60,292 nt of DNA from a virus (taxonomy: Duplodnaviria; Caudoviricetes), in IMG/VR virus record IMGVR_UViG_3300010158_000004, positions 1-60,292 of that record; one strand, written 5' to 3'. The position numbers and the translations under genes are program-made. Under the pieces are notes generated by a model. That model did not search any database. It had not been told where the DNA came from and saw only the letters and a program-made list of their open reading frames with translations. Each line of letters opens with the position of its first letter. The first letter of the stretch is position 1. Shown in pieces: positions 19,810 to 29,683 of this stretch.

Positions 19810-22800
19810 CTAAGTATTAATAGGCGTCCATCCGGGCATTTGTGTTGTAATTACCGGAGTCCAGCCTGATGTTTGCGCATTTTCTACGCCACTCCAGTTT
19901 GCGCTCTGCGTAGTGTTAATTGGATTCCAAAGGAACGCCGCCTCAAAAACTGATTCACCTGTGCTGGATTCTACAACAGCTATGTTAAGAATGGCAGTTG
20001 TTGCAACTCCGTCCAACCCTGCTGCGTCTTCTAGGATAGTGTTGATTGCCTGTAGTTGAGTGGCTAGGGTGTCTTGGCCTGAGACGGCCTCCAAAATTGA
20101 TGCAACAAACACACTTCCCGCAACTGAAGAATCTACGCCCGATGCCGCTTCCGATATTGACAGGGATATTTGAACCTGTCGAGAAGTGGCATCCAGACCA
20201 GAAGCGGCCTCTGCAATTGCGGCGGATAGTGTCGCGGTTGACAGTATTGAGTCAAGTCCAGAAACGGCTTCCGCTACTGCTATATTAAGCGTAGCAGTTG
20301 TGGTTAAGGCATCAAGTCCAGAGGCTGCTTCAGAAAGGGCTAGATTCAGCGTGGCAGTGGTGGTCACCGTATCTAGGCCAGAAGAGGCTTCAGATACTGA
20401 GCTGGCTATCTGTAGTTGAGGGCTTACAGCATCAACTCCGGAAGATGCCTCGGATATGGTTCCTGCCGCCTGTAACTGGGCAGTGGTTGAATCAATCCCT
20501 GAAGAAGCTTCTACCACTGTGCTTGCTATTTGAAGATTGGGGACTATTGCGTCAAGACCAGATGCTGCCTCGGAGATTGTGCCCGTTGTTACTAGCTGCG
20601 TGGTTAATGAGTCAAGCCCTGCGGCGTTTTCATTTATAGCGCTTGCTGCAATTAGCTGTGCAAGTATGGAGTCAATGCCAGAAGATGCCTCAGTTATGGA
20701 AACGCTAAAGCTGCTTCCACCTGATGTATACGTTATAACGACAATGCCGGTAGAGCCCGAAGTGCCGCCTCCACCATAAACCCCAGTACCGGCAAGTTGA
20801 TAGTCAGTGGTACCTAGCGCAGAGCCGCCCCCGGCACCACTTCCGGGGCCGTATGAAGTGCCGCCAAGGCTCCACAATGGGACTGCAGCAACACTGCCAT
20901 TGCCACCTTGTTTAGCTAATCCTCCGGTGCCATCAAACCCGCCGCCCGCACCTCCGCCGCCATTAGTACCATTTGACCCAATATCAGCATATACACCAAA
21001 GCCCCCAATGATGCCCGCCGCAGAACTACCGCCGTTACCACCAGTACCGCTACCTGTAATGTCAGCACCAAATGAAACGAGTCCAGTACCCCCACCACCA
21101 AACGAACTAAAAGCTCCAGCGCCGCCACCGCCCCCGCCAAAGTTTGGTGCAGTGGTTGATGTAAAAGCGTCTCCGCCATTACCACCAGCACCATATGGCC
21201 CCGCAGCGCCACCGGAACCACCAAGGCCATAATATGAAGATATATTGTTTCTTTTGCTAGTGCCACCGTTTCCGCCGCTGTATTTAACATCGCCAATCGA
21301 CAAAGACGATTGACCACCAAGTCCCGTTGAAGACCCTGCCGTACCCGCCTTTGCTAAAACTGCTTGTGTTGTTGGCGTAACTCCTACTATTGGTGCGGAG
21401 TTTGTTGTGTTGGCCCAACTATCCGCTGAAGTGCCTATATTTATGTAAAATGTACTTCCGGGGGTTACCGAAATAGCATTTGATTTTGCATACGCTCCTC
21501 CACCAGCACCAAATCCATTATTAGCGGGGGAGTCAGCCCCACCGCCAATGGCCTCTACGGTAATTGACGTTACCCCAGACGGTACGGTAAAGGTTCCTGT
21601 GGCTGTATATACAGCAGTTGTTTTTGCAGTTACAAAATTCCAGCCGGTGTTGTTGCTGGTGTTTGTAGATACGTACGCATTCCAAGTAGCCCCGCCAGAA
21701 ACGGTGGAGTCTTGTATTGTCAAGTAAACTGAATCTATGGTGCCGCTTGCTTGGCTTATTGTTCTGGCTGTTCCAGCAGTGTCGCTGTTGATGGTAACAA
21801 CATTCCCAGAAGAACCTGTAACAGCAAAATTACCAACAACAAACGCTGTCGTGCAAGTATTAGTAATGGTGCAAGGTTGGCCGGGTGTATTACCAAGAGT
21901 GGTACAACGCGCTCCAGTTGCGGATGAATTCCCCAAATACAGCGTTCCGCCAGATGCGCCCATTACAACTGCGCCGACTTGGTTTCCAGAGATGGTGCTT
22001 CCGTTTGAGTACGCGCCTGTATTTGTAAACAACACAGTGGCGTTCAGCATACTGTAAGTTGTATTTGAGCTATTTCCAACAAATCCAGTGGTACTTGTTC
22101 CACCGGTAATAGTTATTACAGAATTTCCAAACGCAATAGATTTTGTATTTGTGTTATTGTAATTAAGAACGCCACAAGTTATATTGTAATTATTTGAGTT
22201 AAACGTCCCGCTTTGCAACGTTAGAGATCGTGTGCTACCTAGCGTAAGTGCGCTCAGTAGTTGGTAATTACCAAAACCACCAAATAAAAACGGAAAGTCT
22301 AATGTTAACCCTCCGGTATTAATTGTTCTTACGGTTGCACTTGTTGAACCAAAGTTTGTTACCGATGTTCCACCCGTTGTGGACATGTAAGATGGAAGAG
22401 TTAAATTCCCATAAATAGTCCTAGACCCATTTACTAAGGTTGCACTACTGCTCGTAAAATCTAAATTTAAAAAAGACCCGATAATTGAAACCAAACTACC
22501 TGCTGCGCCCGAAGAAATATATAAGCTAATTGCATTTGTTTCAGACCCGCCCGCTGTGTTTCCGTGGGCAAATGTTGCTGTATTAGAGGTGGATGTGCTA
22601 CCATTTGGCACATTAACCGTGGGTGTTCCTGTAAGCGTAAACCCTGTGGCTGTAGAAACCTGCCATAAAGTTAAACTACCTGCGTTAACATTTCCTGTTA
22701 TTGCTATGGAGCCACCATTAAATGCTATTGAGCGAGTATTTGAGTTAGTGCTGCTAAAGTTAAATGCGGAAAGAACAAAACCGCCGAGATTTAAAGCTCC

Positions 22801-23253
22801 GTTTGTTAATGTTGTAAGACTACCTGTGGTTAGGGCGTTTGATAGAGTCCACCCTCCGCCAACACCGTCAAAAACAACTGTGTTAAATGTTTTTCCATTT
22901 GCACTTATGGTTTTGCCGGTTGTAGTTGCTGCAAATGTTAATGTACCTGTAAATGACCGAGTGAATAATGTTGCGGGTAGCGCAAGACTTCCGTAGATAG
23001 TCAAGCCAACAGACCCGGCTAGGGTCATGGTTCCATCAACACCAGTTGCCGTGAAGTCGGCGCATACAGCAGTCACGGTAGCCATTGTTACCGTAAACGC
23101 ACCCGTTCCAGAATTGGAGTTGGCGTCAAAGATTACGTTGTCGGCAGAGGTGGGTACAGACGCGCCGCCAGCCCCGCCCGAAGTCGTAGACCAGTTTGTG
23201 GTATTTGTGCCGTTCCAAGTACCACTGCCGTTGCGCCAGTATCTATCCGCCAT
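19810..23253 (-). CDS. Long fibre/adhesin: beta-helix N-terminus, Gly-rich domain, 13 x 20-aa C-terminal repeats
   Basis: MADRYW...GGASVPT..DNVIFD start; GGGG-rich middle; repeated E-x-x-S-G-x-D every 20 aa. Confidence 0.75.
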   Translation of the reverse strand: MADRYWRNGSGTWNGTNTTNWSTTSGGAGGASVPTSADNVIFDANSNSGTGAFTVTMATVTAVCADFTATGVDGTMTLAGSVGLTIYGSLALPATLFTRSFTGTLTFAATTTGKTISANGKTFNTVVFDGVGGGWTLSNALTTGSLTTLTNGALNLGGFVLSAFNFSSTNSNTRSIAFNGGSIAITGNVNAGSLTLWQVSTATGFTLTGTPTVNVPNGSTSTSNTATFAHGNTAGGSETNAISLYISSGAAGSLVSIIGSFLNLDFTSSSATLVNGSRTIYGNLTLPSYMSTTGGTSVTNFGSTSATVRTINTGGLTLDFPFLFGGFGNYQLLSALTLGSTRSLTLQSGTFNSNNYNITCGVLNYNNTNTKSIAFGNSVITITGGTSTTGFVGNSSNTTYSMLNATVLFTNTGAYSNGSTISGNQVGAVVMGASGGTLYLGNSSATGARCTTLGNTPGQPCTITNTCTTAFVVGNFAVTGSSGNVVTINSDTAGTARTISQASGTIDSVYLTIQDSTVSGGATWNAYVSTNTSNNTGWNFVTAKTTAVYTATGTFTVPSGVTSITVEAIGGGADSPANNGFGAGGGAYAKSNAISVTPGSTFYINIGTSADSWANTTNSAPIVGVTPTTQAVLAKAGTAGSSTGLGGQSSLSIGDVKYSGGNGGTSKRNNISSYYGLGGSGGAAGPYGAGGNGGDAFTSTTAPNFGGGGGGAGAFSSFGGGGTGLVSFGADITGSGTGGNGGSSAAGIIGGFGVYADIGSNGTNGGGGAGGGFDGTGGLAKQGGNGSVAAVPLWSLGGTSYGPGSGAGGGSALGTTDYQLAGTGVYGGGGTSGSTGIVVITYTSGGSSFSVSITEASSGIDSILAQLIAASAINENAAGLDSLTTQLVTTGTISEAASGLDAIVPNLQIASTVVEASSGIDSTTAQLQAAGTISEASSGVDAVSPQLQIASSVSEASSGLDTVTTTATLNLALSEAASGLDALTTTATLNIAVAEAVSGLDSILSTATLSAAIAEAASGLDATSRQVQISLSISEAASGVDSSVAGSVFVASILEAVSGQDTLATQLQAINTILEDAAGLDGVATTAILNIAVVESSTGESVFEAAFLWNPINTTQSANWSGVENAQTSGWTPVITTQMPGWTPINT

Positions 23254-23474
23254 TATGCTGAGGGGACAGGGTTACCATCCTCATCGTAGACCACGTTGCC
23301 GTTTTCATCCCGCATGTACTCAGGTGCGGGCGCGGTAATAGCTTTGACCCAGTTATCAAAGCGCTCTTGTTTCATTGCCTCTAGCTCCGCATCTGTGAAG
23401 GTGTGGTCATCGTTCAACACAAGCGCGTCCCTAAAGGCAATGCCCTTATACGCAAACTCAAAAACAATTTGCAT
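23253..23474 (-). CDS. Small fibre-associated protein
   Basis: 73 aa, FRDALVL...ELEAMKQERFDNW; translationally coupled to the fibre gene. Confidence 0.55.
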   Translation of the reverse strand: MQIVFEFAYKGIAFRDALVLNDDHTFTDAELEAMKQERFDNWVKAITAPAPEYMRDENGNVVYDEDGNPVPSA

Positions 23475-23500
23475 GTTGCCCCCTGCAATGGGTAGGTACT

Positions 23501-24025
23501 TTAGGTCGCAGTCAAGCTGAAGGTGTAGGTCACGTTCAGAGTGTCGCCGCTCACAACGCTACGGTCACCGGCGGTGAAGGTATTAGCTGAGAACAGCGTA
23601 CCGGAAGTTCCAGAAGCTGCGCTGCACAAAAATGCGCCACCAAGAGTAGCCGTAGTATTCATAGTGAAGGATGCTCTAGAAGCAGAGTTGGTAGCTACAG
23701 ATGGATTGGCCGTAGTAGCGGCAGCAAAATTACAAGCAGGGCGATTACCTGCATAAGGAGTGCTTTCAGTCCATCCGGAATGGGATGACAATGTATCACC
23801 GGCTGCAATTGTTACGCCGGAACCGGGGCCGGTAATTAATCCCAAATACCAAGCGGTAATTTGAGTTACAGCTGTAGCGCCAGCGGTCAAAGCAACGCTT
23901 GCCATGTACTGTATACCGACGTTGACAACTTTATTTGGAACTTTTTCAGTCCATTTAACAACACCATCAGCACCAATACACTCAAATGTGTAAACGCCAG
24001 ATGCAAGAGTATTTTCTGTAGACAT
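23501..24025 (-). CDS. Tail/fibre baseplate-like structural protein
   Basis: KW.E...N.VVNVG, GAFL....SGTSGTLFS, GDTLNVTYTF. Confidence 0.55.
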   Translation of the reverse strand: MSTENTLASGVYTFECIGADGVVKWTEKVPNKVVNVGIQYMASVALTAGATAVTQITAWYLGLITGPGSGVTIAAGDTLSSHSGWTESTPYAGNRPACNFAAATTANPSVATNSASRASFTMNTTATLGGAFLCSAASGTSGTLFSANTFTAGDRSVVSGDTLNVTYTFSLTAT

Positions 24026-24034
24026 AGTATTTCC

Positions 24035-24457
24035 TTATGCGCTACGAATCAGCGCGGTGGTTGAAGTGTTAGCTGGCATAGTCACGGTGAACGTATTGGA
24101 GCAAGACTTATCTGAGCCAAAATCAATCACCGCAACGGATGCGTTGCTTGCGCTTGTATTGTAAATCAAAGCACAACGTGATGTAAACGCAGCCGGAGAC
24201 CAGACGGCGTTGTTAAAGTTAATATAGACCGTGCTAGTTGTTGGGTCTGTGTTGATTGTCACGCCCGTTAACGCAATACCGCCTGCGGTGTAACCTGTTC
24301 CAACAACCTCATTGGTTGTTGTATATACGGTAGTGCCTTGGTTTAGACTTGCGTTACCCGTATACAGAGCCATCTTGAACGTGTTGGTCTGGAAGTTGTG
24401 AACCGCAAGGTACAACTGCTGTTTAAAGCTTGTGGTCTGGCCTTGGACAATTGCCAT
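24035..24457 (-). CDS. Tail structural protein
   Basis: SFKQQL...HNF..NTFKMALYT...GTGYTAGG; ALIYN...VAVIDFG. Confidence 0.6.
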   Translation of the reverse strand: MAIVQGQTTSFKQQLYLAVHNFQTNTFKMALYTGNASLNQGTTVYTTTNEVVGTGYTAGGIALTGVTINTDPTTSTVYINFNNAVWSPAAFTSRCALIYNTSASNASVAVIDFGSDKSCSNTFTVTMPANTSTTALIRSA

Positions 24458-24458
24458 G

Positions 24459-25364
24459 TTAGGTCACCCTCTGCCGGTACTGGCCAGATCTGTAAGCATC
24501 CATTCTCTCAAGGCCATCACCCAGACGCTTGGCTTGCATGAGCGCTTCTTCGTACTTTTTATCCACAAGCGTGATGATATCAACCTCACCCTTCATAAAG
24601 GTGTAAGCCTCGACCAAAGTTCCGTAGAACAGAGCGGAGTCGTAGTTATCACCAAGCCAAGTTGTACCGGCTGCGTTAGCAACGGTAGATACAGACAAAG
24701 AAAAACTTGAGCCCGTGCCGCCAATATAGGTATTTGCTGCTGTCAGGGTATTCCCTACAACGTATTGGCAACCACCGGAAGTTAGTGTTACCGCTGTAAC
24801 AACACCGCCAGACACTGTAACCGTTGCGGTCGCACCAGAACCAGAACCGCCAGACAGCGGGACGTTGTAGTACGTACCACTTGCATACCCCGAACCGGCT
24901 GTAATAGTAACGCCAGTAATAATCCCCTGCACAATTGACTCAGGATTAAAGAAGTAGTGCATCTCCACGCCGTATGTAGTATCAGGAGTTGGGCCAAGCA
25001 GAAAAGCAAGTTCAGTTGGTGCTGTAGATTGCGGGCCGAAGATTGCGTAGTACTTGGGTGCGCCGGTAGCGTTGGGGCTTGGGTAAGCCTCTCGCATGAA
25101 GTTAACATCCTTGTTTATAAGGTACGTGTAGTTCCCGGAGGAGTCAATCGTTGCCAACGAATACGTGGATAGGAAGTCCGCCGGGGCGGACAGGTATGGA
25201 TTGCCCACCGTTACCGACCCAGTTTGATTCCTTCGCAGTGAAGGAAACTGGATGGTGTTAAAGATGCGCTGTTCAGCTTGTTGAATGAACGTATTGATAT
25301 CCGTCACAGAGAAAGTATTCTCCGTGTACTCGGCAACCGCAGTAACAAGCTGAGTGTAGTTCAT
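24459..25364 (-). CDS. Tail adaptor/ring protein with inserted beta-rich domain
   Basis: MNYTQL..AV.EY.E, FI.QAE.RI, G.PKYYA, PTPD..Y, LFYGTLVEAY.FMK. Confidence 0.7.
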   Translation of the reverse strand: MNYTQLVTAVAEYTENTFSVTDINTFIQQAEQRIFNTIQFPSLRRNQTGSVTVGNPYLSAPADFLSTYSLATIDSSGNYTYLINKDVNFMREAYPSPNATGAPKYYAIFGPQSTAPTELAFLLGPTPDTTYGVEMHYFFNPESIVQGIITGVTITAGSGYASGTYYNVPLSGGSGSGATATVTVSGGVVTAVTLTSGGCQYVVGNTLTAANTYIGGTGSSFSLSVSTVANAAGTTWLGDNYDSALFYGTLVEAYTFMKGEVDIITLVDKKYEEALMQAKRLGDGLERMDAYRSGQYRQRVT

Positions 25365-25367
25365 CGT

Positions 25368-25628
25368 TTATGCCATTGGGCCACGAGCAATACGACCCTT
25401 GGTGGCTGCACCATTGCCGCGAGTTTCAATACCGGTGGATTCCACATTGTCCATGTTGCCAATGGATACGGTGCCGTTCATAGGCGTCCAGTTTTTGCGC
25501 GTAGGCATTTCAACAGAGAAGCCAATGTCTTTATCTTCCAGCGCTTTTCCGCCGGACGTATGAGGCTTGGCATAAACGGAAGCAGAACCGTTTTCTTTGC
25601 CCATGCTTTTTGAACTAAATTTAGCCAT
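25368..25628 (-). CDS. Small basic virion-associated protein
   Basis: 86 aa; C-terminal TRGNGAATKG motif. Confidence 0.6.
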   Translation of the reverse strand: MAKFSSKSMGKENGSASVYAKPHTSGGKALEDKDIGFSVEMPTRKNWTPMNGTVSIGNMDNVESTGIETRGNGAATKGRIARGPMA

Positions 25629-25630
25629 GA

Positions 25631-25894
25631 TTAACCTTTGCTGCGTTGGTTGACAACGCGGGCCATGTTACGCCCCATAGACTTCAAGTTTGCGTTGGTA
25701 ACGCCACCTTTAGCCATCTTCTTGGTGTCCAAGCCGCCTTTTTTCAAAACAATCTTGGTGCCTTTGCCGCCTTTGTGTTCTTGGGCGTCATGCTCTTTGA
25801 ACGCTTTTTTAATCATGGCAACGTCCTGCTTTTTGTCAGCGGCCATTTCTTTGCGTTGTTCAGCTTTGGACTCACCCATTTCTTTCTTAGCCAT
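25631..25894 (-). CDS. Small basic protein with LKKGG/MAKGG motifs
   Basis: 87 aa, Lys-rich, GGAG RBS. Confidence 0.65.
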   Translation of the reverse strand: MAKKEMGESKAEQRKEMAADKKQDVAMIKKAFKEHDAQEHKGGKGTKIVLKKGGLDTKKMAKGGVTNANLKSMGRNMARVVNQRSKG

Positions 25895-25903
25895 AATTAA
25901 CTC

Positions 25904-26293
25904 CTATGTTACGTTTACACTGACTGTACCAACATACGTGGTTTGTGCCAAGTAGTTAGGTGTTAGCTTTGCATCAAAACCGCTGGCTCCGCCAATTGGA
26001 TTCCAGCCCCATTGTAAATCCCTTGAACCACCGCTAGGGTAACCCAAAACGTTTAAACCAGATACTTCATACGTAGTATCACGGCGCGGATCTCGTACAC
26101 CTTGCGGATCATCCACCGGGTACATGCCCAATTGCAACTGAGGCTGATCAGGATCCCAGCATGTTGGGCAAACCAACAGGTTGTAGGTCTTGGTCTTAAT
26201 GACCTCTTTTTTGAGTTCAGTAAGCTTGTACTGAAACCCGCACCGATCACATTCAGCAATCGAGTTTTTGCCGGATGAAAACCTATTGCCCAT
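25904..26293 (-). CDS. Conserved Zn-ribbon head-tail region protein
   Basis: CDRCGF...VCPTCWD..QPQL. Confidence 0.65.
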   Translation of the reverse strand: MGNRFSSGKNSIAECDRCGFQYKLTELKKEVIKTKTYNLLVCPTCWDPDQPQLQLGMYPVDDPQGVRDPRRDTTYEVSGLNVLGYPSGGSRDLQWGWNPIGGASGFDAKLTPNYLAQTTYVGTVSVNVT

Positions 26294-27234
26294 CAGTAAC
26301 TACGGCCAATGAACATCTGACGGGGTACAAACCGTACAGCGGCTTTCTCCCGATCTTCCTCCGATGCTAATTGCCATGCCTCATCGTATTGCTGCTTGAG
26401 CAGCAAAACCCGGTCACGAGTATCTGCCTGCACCGGAAGCTTGACCACGAGATGATAAGCCAGTCCAGCAACCATGCAAGGCAGGAAACGAAACGGTACA
26501 TCCATAACGTTTACACCATCACCCGCATCCTGAGAACGGCGCAAGCGCCAATAAGCGAAGGTATAGGTCTGGCTTCCATCTGGAATAGGCCAAACGGTCA
26601 CCGCAGGAAGACGCTGAACCGTAACGGAAGCTCCGACGCTGTGCGTGGCCGCTGTGGTGTTGTTCTGTCCACGAGCACAGGTGTTCAGGGTATTCCCTGA
26701 TATGTACTGATAGAAGATGGTTTCATTGTCAATCAAGATGAAGCCCGAAGCGGACAAGCCAACGGTCGAACTAAGCGTGATGGTTGTATCTGTAGCGCTT
26801 ACAGCGCTTGCCACTGTAAAACCTGTAGGAGAGTTCTGCGCGTCTTGGCGCTGAATCCAAACTTGAATAGGGCGACCTTGCGTCAGCTTATTTGGCAGCG
26901 TGGCATAGGTAGAAACACTAATACGGGTGATGGTCAGGTCAGACTGGTTGGATGTGCTGTTGGCCTGAGTGCGGATTACATGTTCCAGCAGATCTACCGT
27001 GTCTGAGGGAAGCGCATACGTGGATTGGCCTTGAGCGAGGGTAATGGTACCCTGATCCATAGTCCACATGTTTACACCGCGATTTGCCCAATCCGCAAAC
27101 ATAAGATTGAGCGACCGACGGGCGGTGCGCAAGTCATAACCAGTACGCAATTCACTACCGGCGCGTTCAAACGCTTCTTCCACGATCTCGGTGAGATCTG
27201 GGTTGTAAATAGCAGAGCCGGATGTATTAGCCAT
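26293..27234 (-). CDS. Tail tubular protein A / head-tail adaptor
   Basis: IVEEAFER.G...GYD..TARRSLN.MFA.W.NRG.N.W; VWP.PD; P.RF.PC..AGLAY. Confidence 0.75.
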   Translation of the reverse strand: MANTSGSAIYNPDLTEIVEEAFERAGSELRTGYDLRTARRSLNLMFADWANRGVNMWTMDQGTITLAQGQSTYALPSDTVDLLEHVIRTQANSTSNQSDLTITRISVSTYATLPNKLTQGRPIQVWIQRQDAQNSPTGFTVASAVSATDTTITLSSTVGLSASGFILIDNETIFYQYISGNTLNTCARGQNNTTAATHSVGASVTVQRLPAVTVWPIPDGSQTYTFAYWRLRRSQDAGDGVNVMDVPFRFLPCMVAGLAYHLVVKLPVQADTRDRVLLLKQQYDEAWQLASEEDREKAAVRFVPRQMFIGRSY

Positions 27235-27239
27235 TTTGT

Positions 27240-28052
27240 TTACCGCAGAAGAGATGTAATTCCGCCATAAGCATAGCCCGTTGGCTGGTTAAATTGACCA
27301 TTCGCGTAATAGCCACCAACAGCATCAGATGCGCGACCACCATCACCGCCTGCGGCGGATTCACTTCCATAGCCATTGACACCAATCACGCCTTGCCTAG
27401 TATCCCCAACACCGCCATCACTTTCTGGGTGCAAAGCTGGTTTATCTTCTACGGCTGGGTTTGTGAGTGTGTAGCCGCGAAAGGCATTGTTGTATGCTTC
27501 TGCGCCGGGCTGTCCAACCATCATTCCCAAAGAGCTTAAAAACTGTCCGGGTATGGCAAGAAATGGGTGTGCACGAGCCCACACGCTTGTTTCAACGGGA
27601 GACATTGCGGGTGCGGGAGAGCCATCTAAACGGGCATCATATCTTCCCGAAGCTTGCCCACCAGTCATTGGGTTGGGCGCATATACATTTTGTGCACCTT
27701 GCGCTGCTTGCGCCGCTTTGGCTTTTGCCAATTCATCTGCAGCGGCTTGATCTGCCGCAGCTTTTGCTTGTTGGTCTGCTAGTTGTTTGGCGTAATCCAC
27801 GACCGGCTGTTGGCCGTAGCCATAGTTCACTATACCGTCTTGAGTGCCGTATGCATTTTGCGCAGTCAATTGACTGGGAGCAAAACCACCAAAATCTTGG
27901 GGCTGGTATGACGGTGTCGGGCTCATGCTGAACATGCCGGGGAAATATGGGTTACCCCCAAAAGACGGCTGCTGACCGGGGTTCATTCCTTGCGAAATGT
28001 TACCGTAGTTTGCCATCAATGAGGACAAGCCAGCGTCTTGAGGGTAGGCCAT
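27240..28052 (-). CDS. Low-complexity virion cargo-like protein
   Basis: 270 aa G/Q/P-rich; ends YAYGGITSLLR. Confidence 0.55.
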   Translation of the reverse strand: MAYPQDAGLSSLMANYGNISQGMNPGQQPSFGGNPYFPGMFSMSPTPSYQPQDFGGFAPSQLTAQNAYGTQDGIVNYGYGQQPVVDYAKQLADQQAKAAADQAAADELAKAKAAQAAQGAQNVYAPNPMTGGQASGRYDARLDGSPAPAMSPVETSVWARAHPFLAIPGQFLSSLGMMVGQPGAEAYNNAFRGYTLTNPAVEDKPALHPESDGGVGDTRQGVIGVNGYGSESAAGGDGGRASDAVGGYYANGQFNQPTGYAYGGITSLLR

Positions 28053-28055
28053 GAT

Positions 28056-28244
28056 TTACTCCGCAGCTTTTGGTGTTTCTGCAGCAGTCTCCTCTACAGG
28101 AGACAGGTGAGCACGAAGGGTTGCAACAATGTCAACCAAACGTTGCTCTGCACCGCCAAAAGCTGCAATTTGATGTTGCATGCGTTCATGGATTGCTTCC
28201 AAAAAAAGTTCTGCATGCTCTTCGAGGGAATGGAACAAATTCAT
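28056..28244 (-). CDS. Hypothetical protein
   Basis: 62 aa in tight operon spacing. Confidence 0.55.
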   Translation of the reverse strand: MNLFHSLEEHAELFLEAIHERMQHQIAAFGGAEQRLVDIVATLRAHLSPVEETAAETPKAAE

Positions 28245-28246
28245 TT

Positions 28247-28495
28247 TTAACCTTTCGCTGTTTTAGCCGAGTTGATAAATGCTTGCTCGGTAGGAGCACC
28301 TTTGCTACCTACCTTGCGCATTTTTTCTTTGGAGCCATTGGCAATACGCTTGCGCTTGGCGTTGATGTTGTCATACAGACCCACTTTTCCGCCTTCGGCG
28401 TACTGCGTGAAGTTGGTATCGTCGCGTCGAGCCTTTTTGGTGCCTTTAGGCATCTTAGAGGAATCTACCGCACCCATGCCGCGCGATGCCATCAT
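28247..28495 (-). CDS. Small basic protein (YAEGG; GLYDNINAKRKR...KMRK.G.KGAPT)
   Basis: Basic, operon-coupled, motif typical of the head-region small proteins in this phage type. Confidence 0.65.
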   Translation of the reverse strand: MMASRGMGAVDSSKMPKGTKKARRDDTNFTQYAEGGKVGLYDNINAKRKRIANGSKEKMRKVGSKGAPTEQAFINSAKTAKG

Positions 28496-28496
28496 A

Positions 28497-29051
28497 TTAG
28501 ACCTTTTTGGCAATACCGTAACCACGGTAACCGGTTGCACGTTGAGGGGCGGATTTAGTTATTCCGCCTTTTGCCATCTTGGTGATTTTGCCGCCACGCT
28601 TGCGGCTAACAAAATCGGGAACAATGTATTCGCTGCCGGGTTGCGATGCGTCCGCATCAGGAGACTCTTTGTTATCCATTCCGCGCAGAGCGCCAGCGGC
28701 AATACGAGCTTTTGCTTCTGGGGTAAGAGTAGCACGAGGGCCACTTACCGCAGCGCGAGCCGCAGCATCACCCAAGCCAGACTCGTCTACCATGCGTTTG
28801 CCAATGCCGGTTTGCTCATCAATAGCGCGGCCAAGGTCATAGCCACCCTGTAGAGCAGCCAAAGGCGCATAAGCACGGCCCGCCAAACGAGCAGCGCCAC
28901 GTTCACCAGCCTCAATGACGGCTTGCTTTGCACCACCGCGCAAGGCAGAAGAGCCTACATTCTTAGCCTTAATGGCTTTTTTGTAGTCCTCTACGCTACG
29001 ACCAACGTAATCATCGTTTAAACCCGGAAGATAGTCCCAACGTGTTGCCAT
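28497..29051 (-). CDS. Cargo-like protein with RKRGG/MAKGG motifs
   Basis: 184 aa; C-terminal RGYGIAKK. Confidence 0.6.
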   Translation of the reverse strand: MATRWDYLPGLNDDYVGRSVEDYKKAIKAKNVGSSALRGGAKQAVIEAGERGAARLAGRAYAPLAALQGGYDLGRAIDEQTGIGKRMVDESGLGDAAARAAVSGPRATLTPEAKARIAAGALRGMDNKESPDADASQPGSEYIVPDFVSRKRGGKITKMAKGGITKSAPQRATGYRGYGIAKKV

Positions 29052-29060
29052 GATTGCACC

Positions 29061-29474
29061 TTAGCAGTATTTACCCACGGTCTTGCCGCGCTGGGCAATA
29101 CCATCACCACGGCTGGAAGCAGAGCTCACCTTGCCACCACGGGCATAGCCCATTGCAGCAATCTTGGCACGGTCTTTAGCATCTTTAGCCTCTTGCACCA
29201 TCTCTTGTTCGCCAACCGTAGGCTTGGGCGGAACGCCACGAGTACCTTGACCAGCACCAGCACCAGCAGATCCGCCATCAGCCATACGCTTAACACCACC
29301 GCCGCGTTTCATTCCAGCGGGGCCACCGGGCATACCACCAGTTGGAGCACCACCGGGCACTCCTGCATCAGGAGCACCGCCGGGGATACCAGCCACTGGG
29401 CCAGCGCCAGCGCCTTGAGCACGAGCAGCCAAAGCAGCCAGCATGGCCGGATTCATTTTGCGTCGGGTTGCCAT
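29061..29474 (-). CDS. Small G/P-rich basic protein (MKRGG, MADGG, YARGG)
   Basis: C-terminal SRGDGIAQRGKT motif. Confidence 0.6.
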   Translation of the reverse strand: MATRRKMNPAMLAALAARAQGAGAGPVAGIPGGAPDAGVPGGAPTGGMPGGPAGMKRGGGVKRMADGGSAGAGAGQGTRGVPPKPTVGEQEMVQEAKDAKDRAKIAAMGYARGGKVSSASSRGDGIAQRGKTVGKYC

Positions 29475-29476
29475 AA

Positions 29477-29674
29477 TTAACGTCCTTTGGACATACCACC
29501 GCCGCACATTGCCATCACGTGCTCGTGATGTTTTTTGTGACCGGCTTGATGGGGAGTGTGAAACTCATGCGCAGCTTTGTGACCATCGCCACCATATGTT
29601 TTTTCAACATGGTGAATGTTGTGCACATGCTTAGGAGTTTCTTCCTTCATGTTCTTCATGTCTTCGTGTTTCAT
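29477..29674 (-). CDS. His-rich small protein
   Basis: 65 aa, many His, ends MCGGGMSKGR; AAGGA RBS. Confidence 0.6.
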   Translation of the reverse strand: MKHEDMKNMKEETPKHVHNIHHVEKTYGGDGHKAAHEFHTPHQAGHKKHHEHVMAMCGGGMSKGR

Positions 29675-29683
29675 AATAAGTCC

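Noticed and set aside
17968-23253. Diversity-generating retroelement acting on the fibres
   Set aside because: No reverse transcriptase and no TR/VR repeat pair seen
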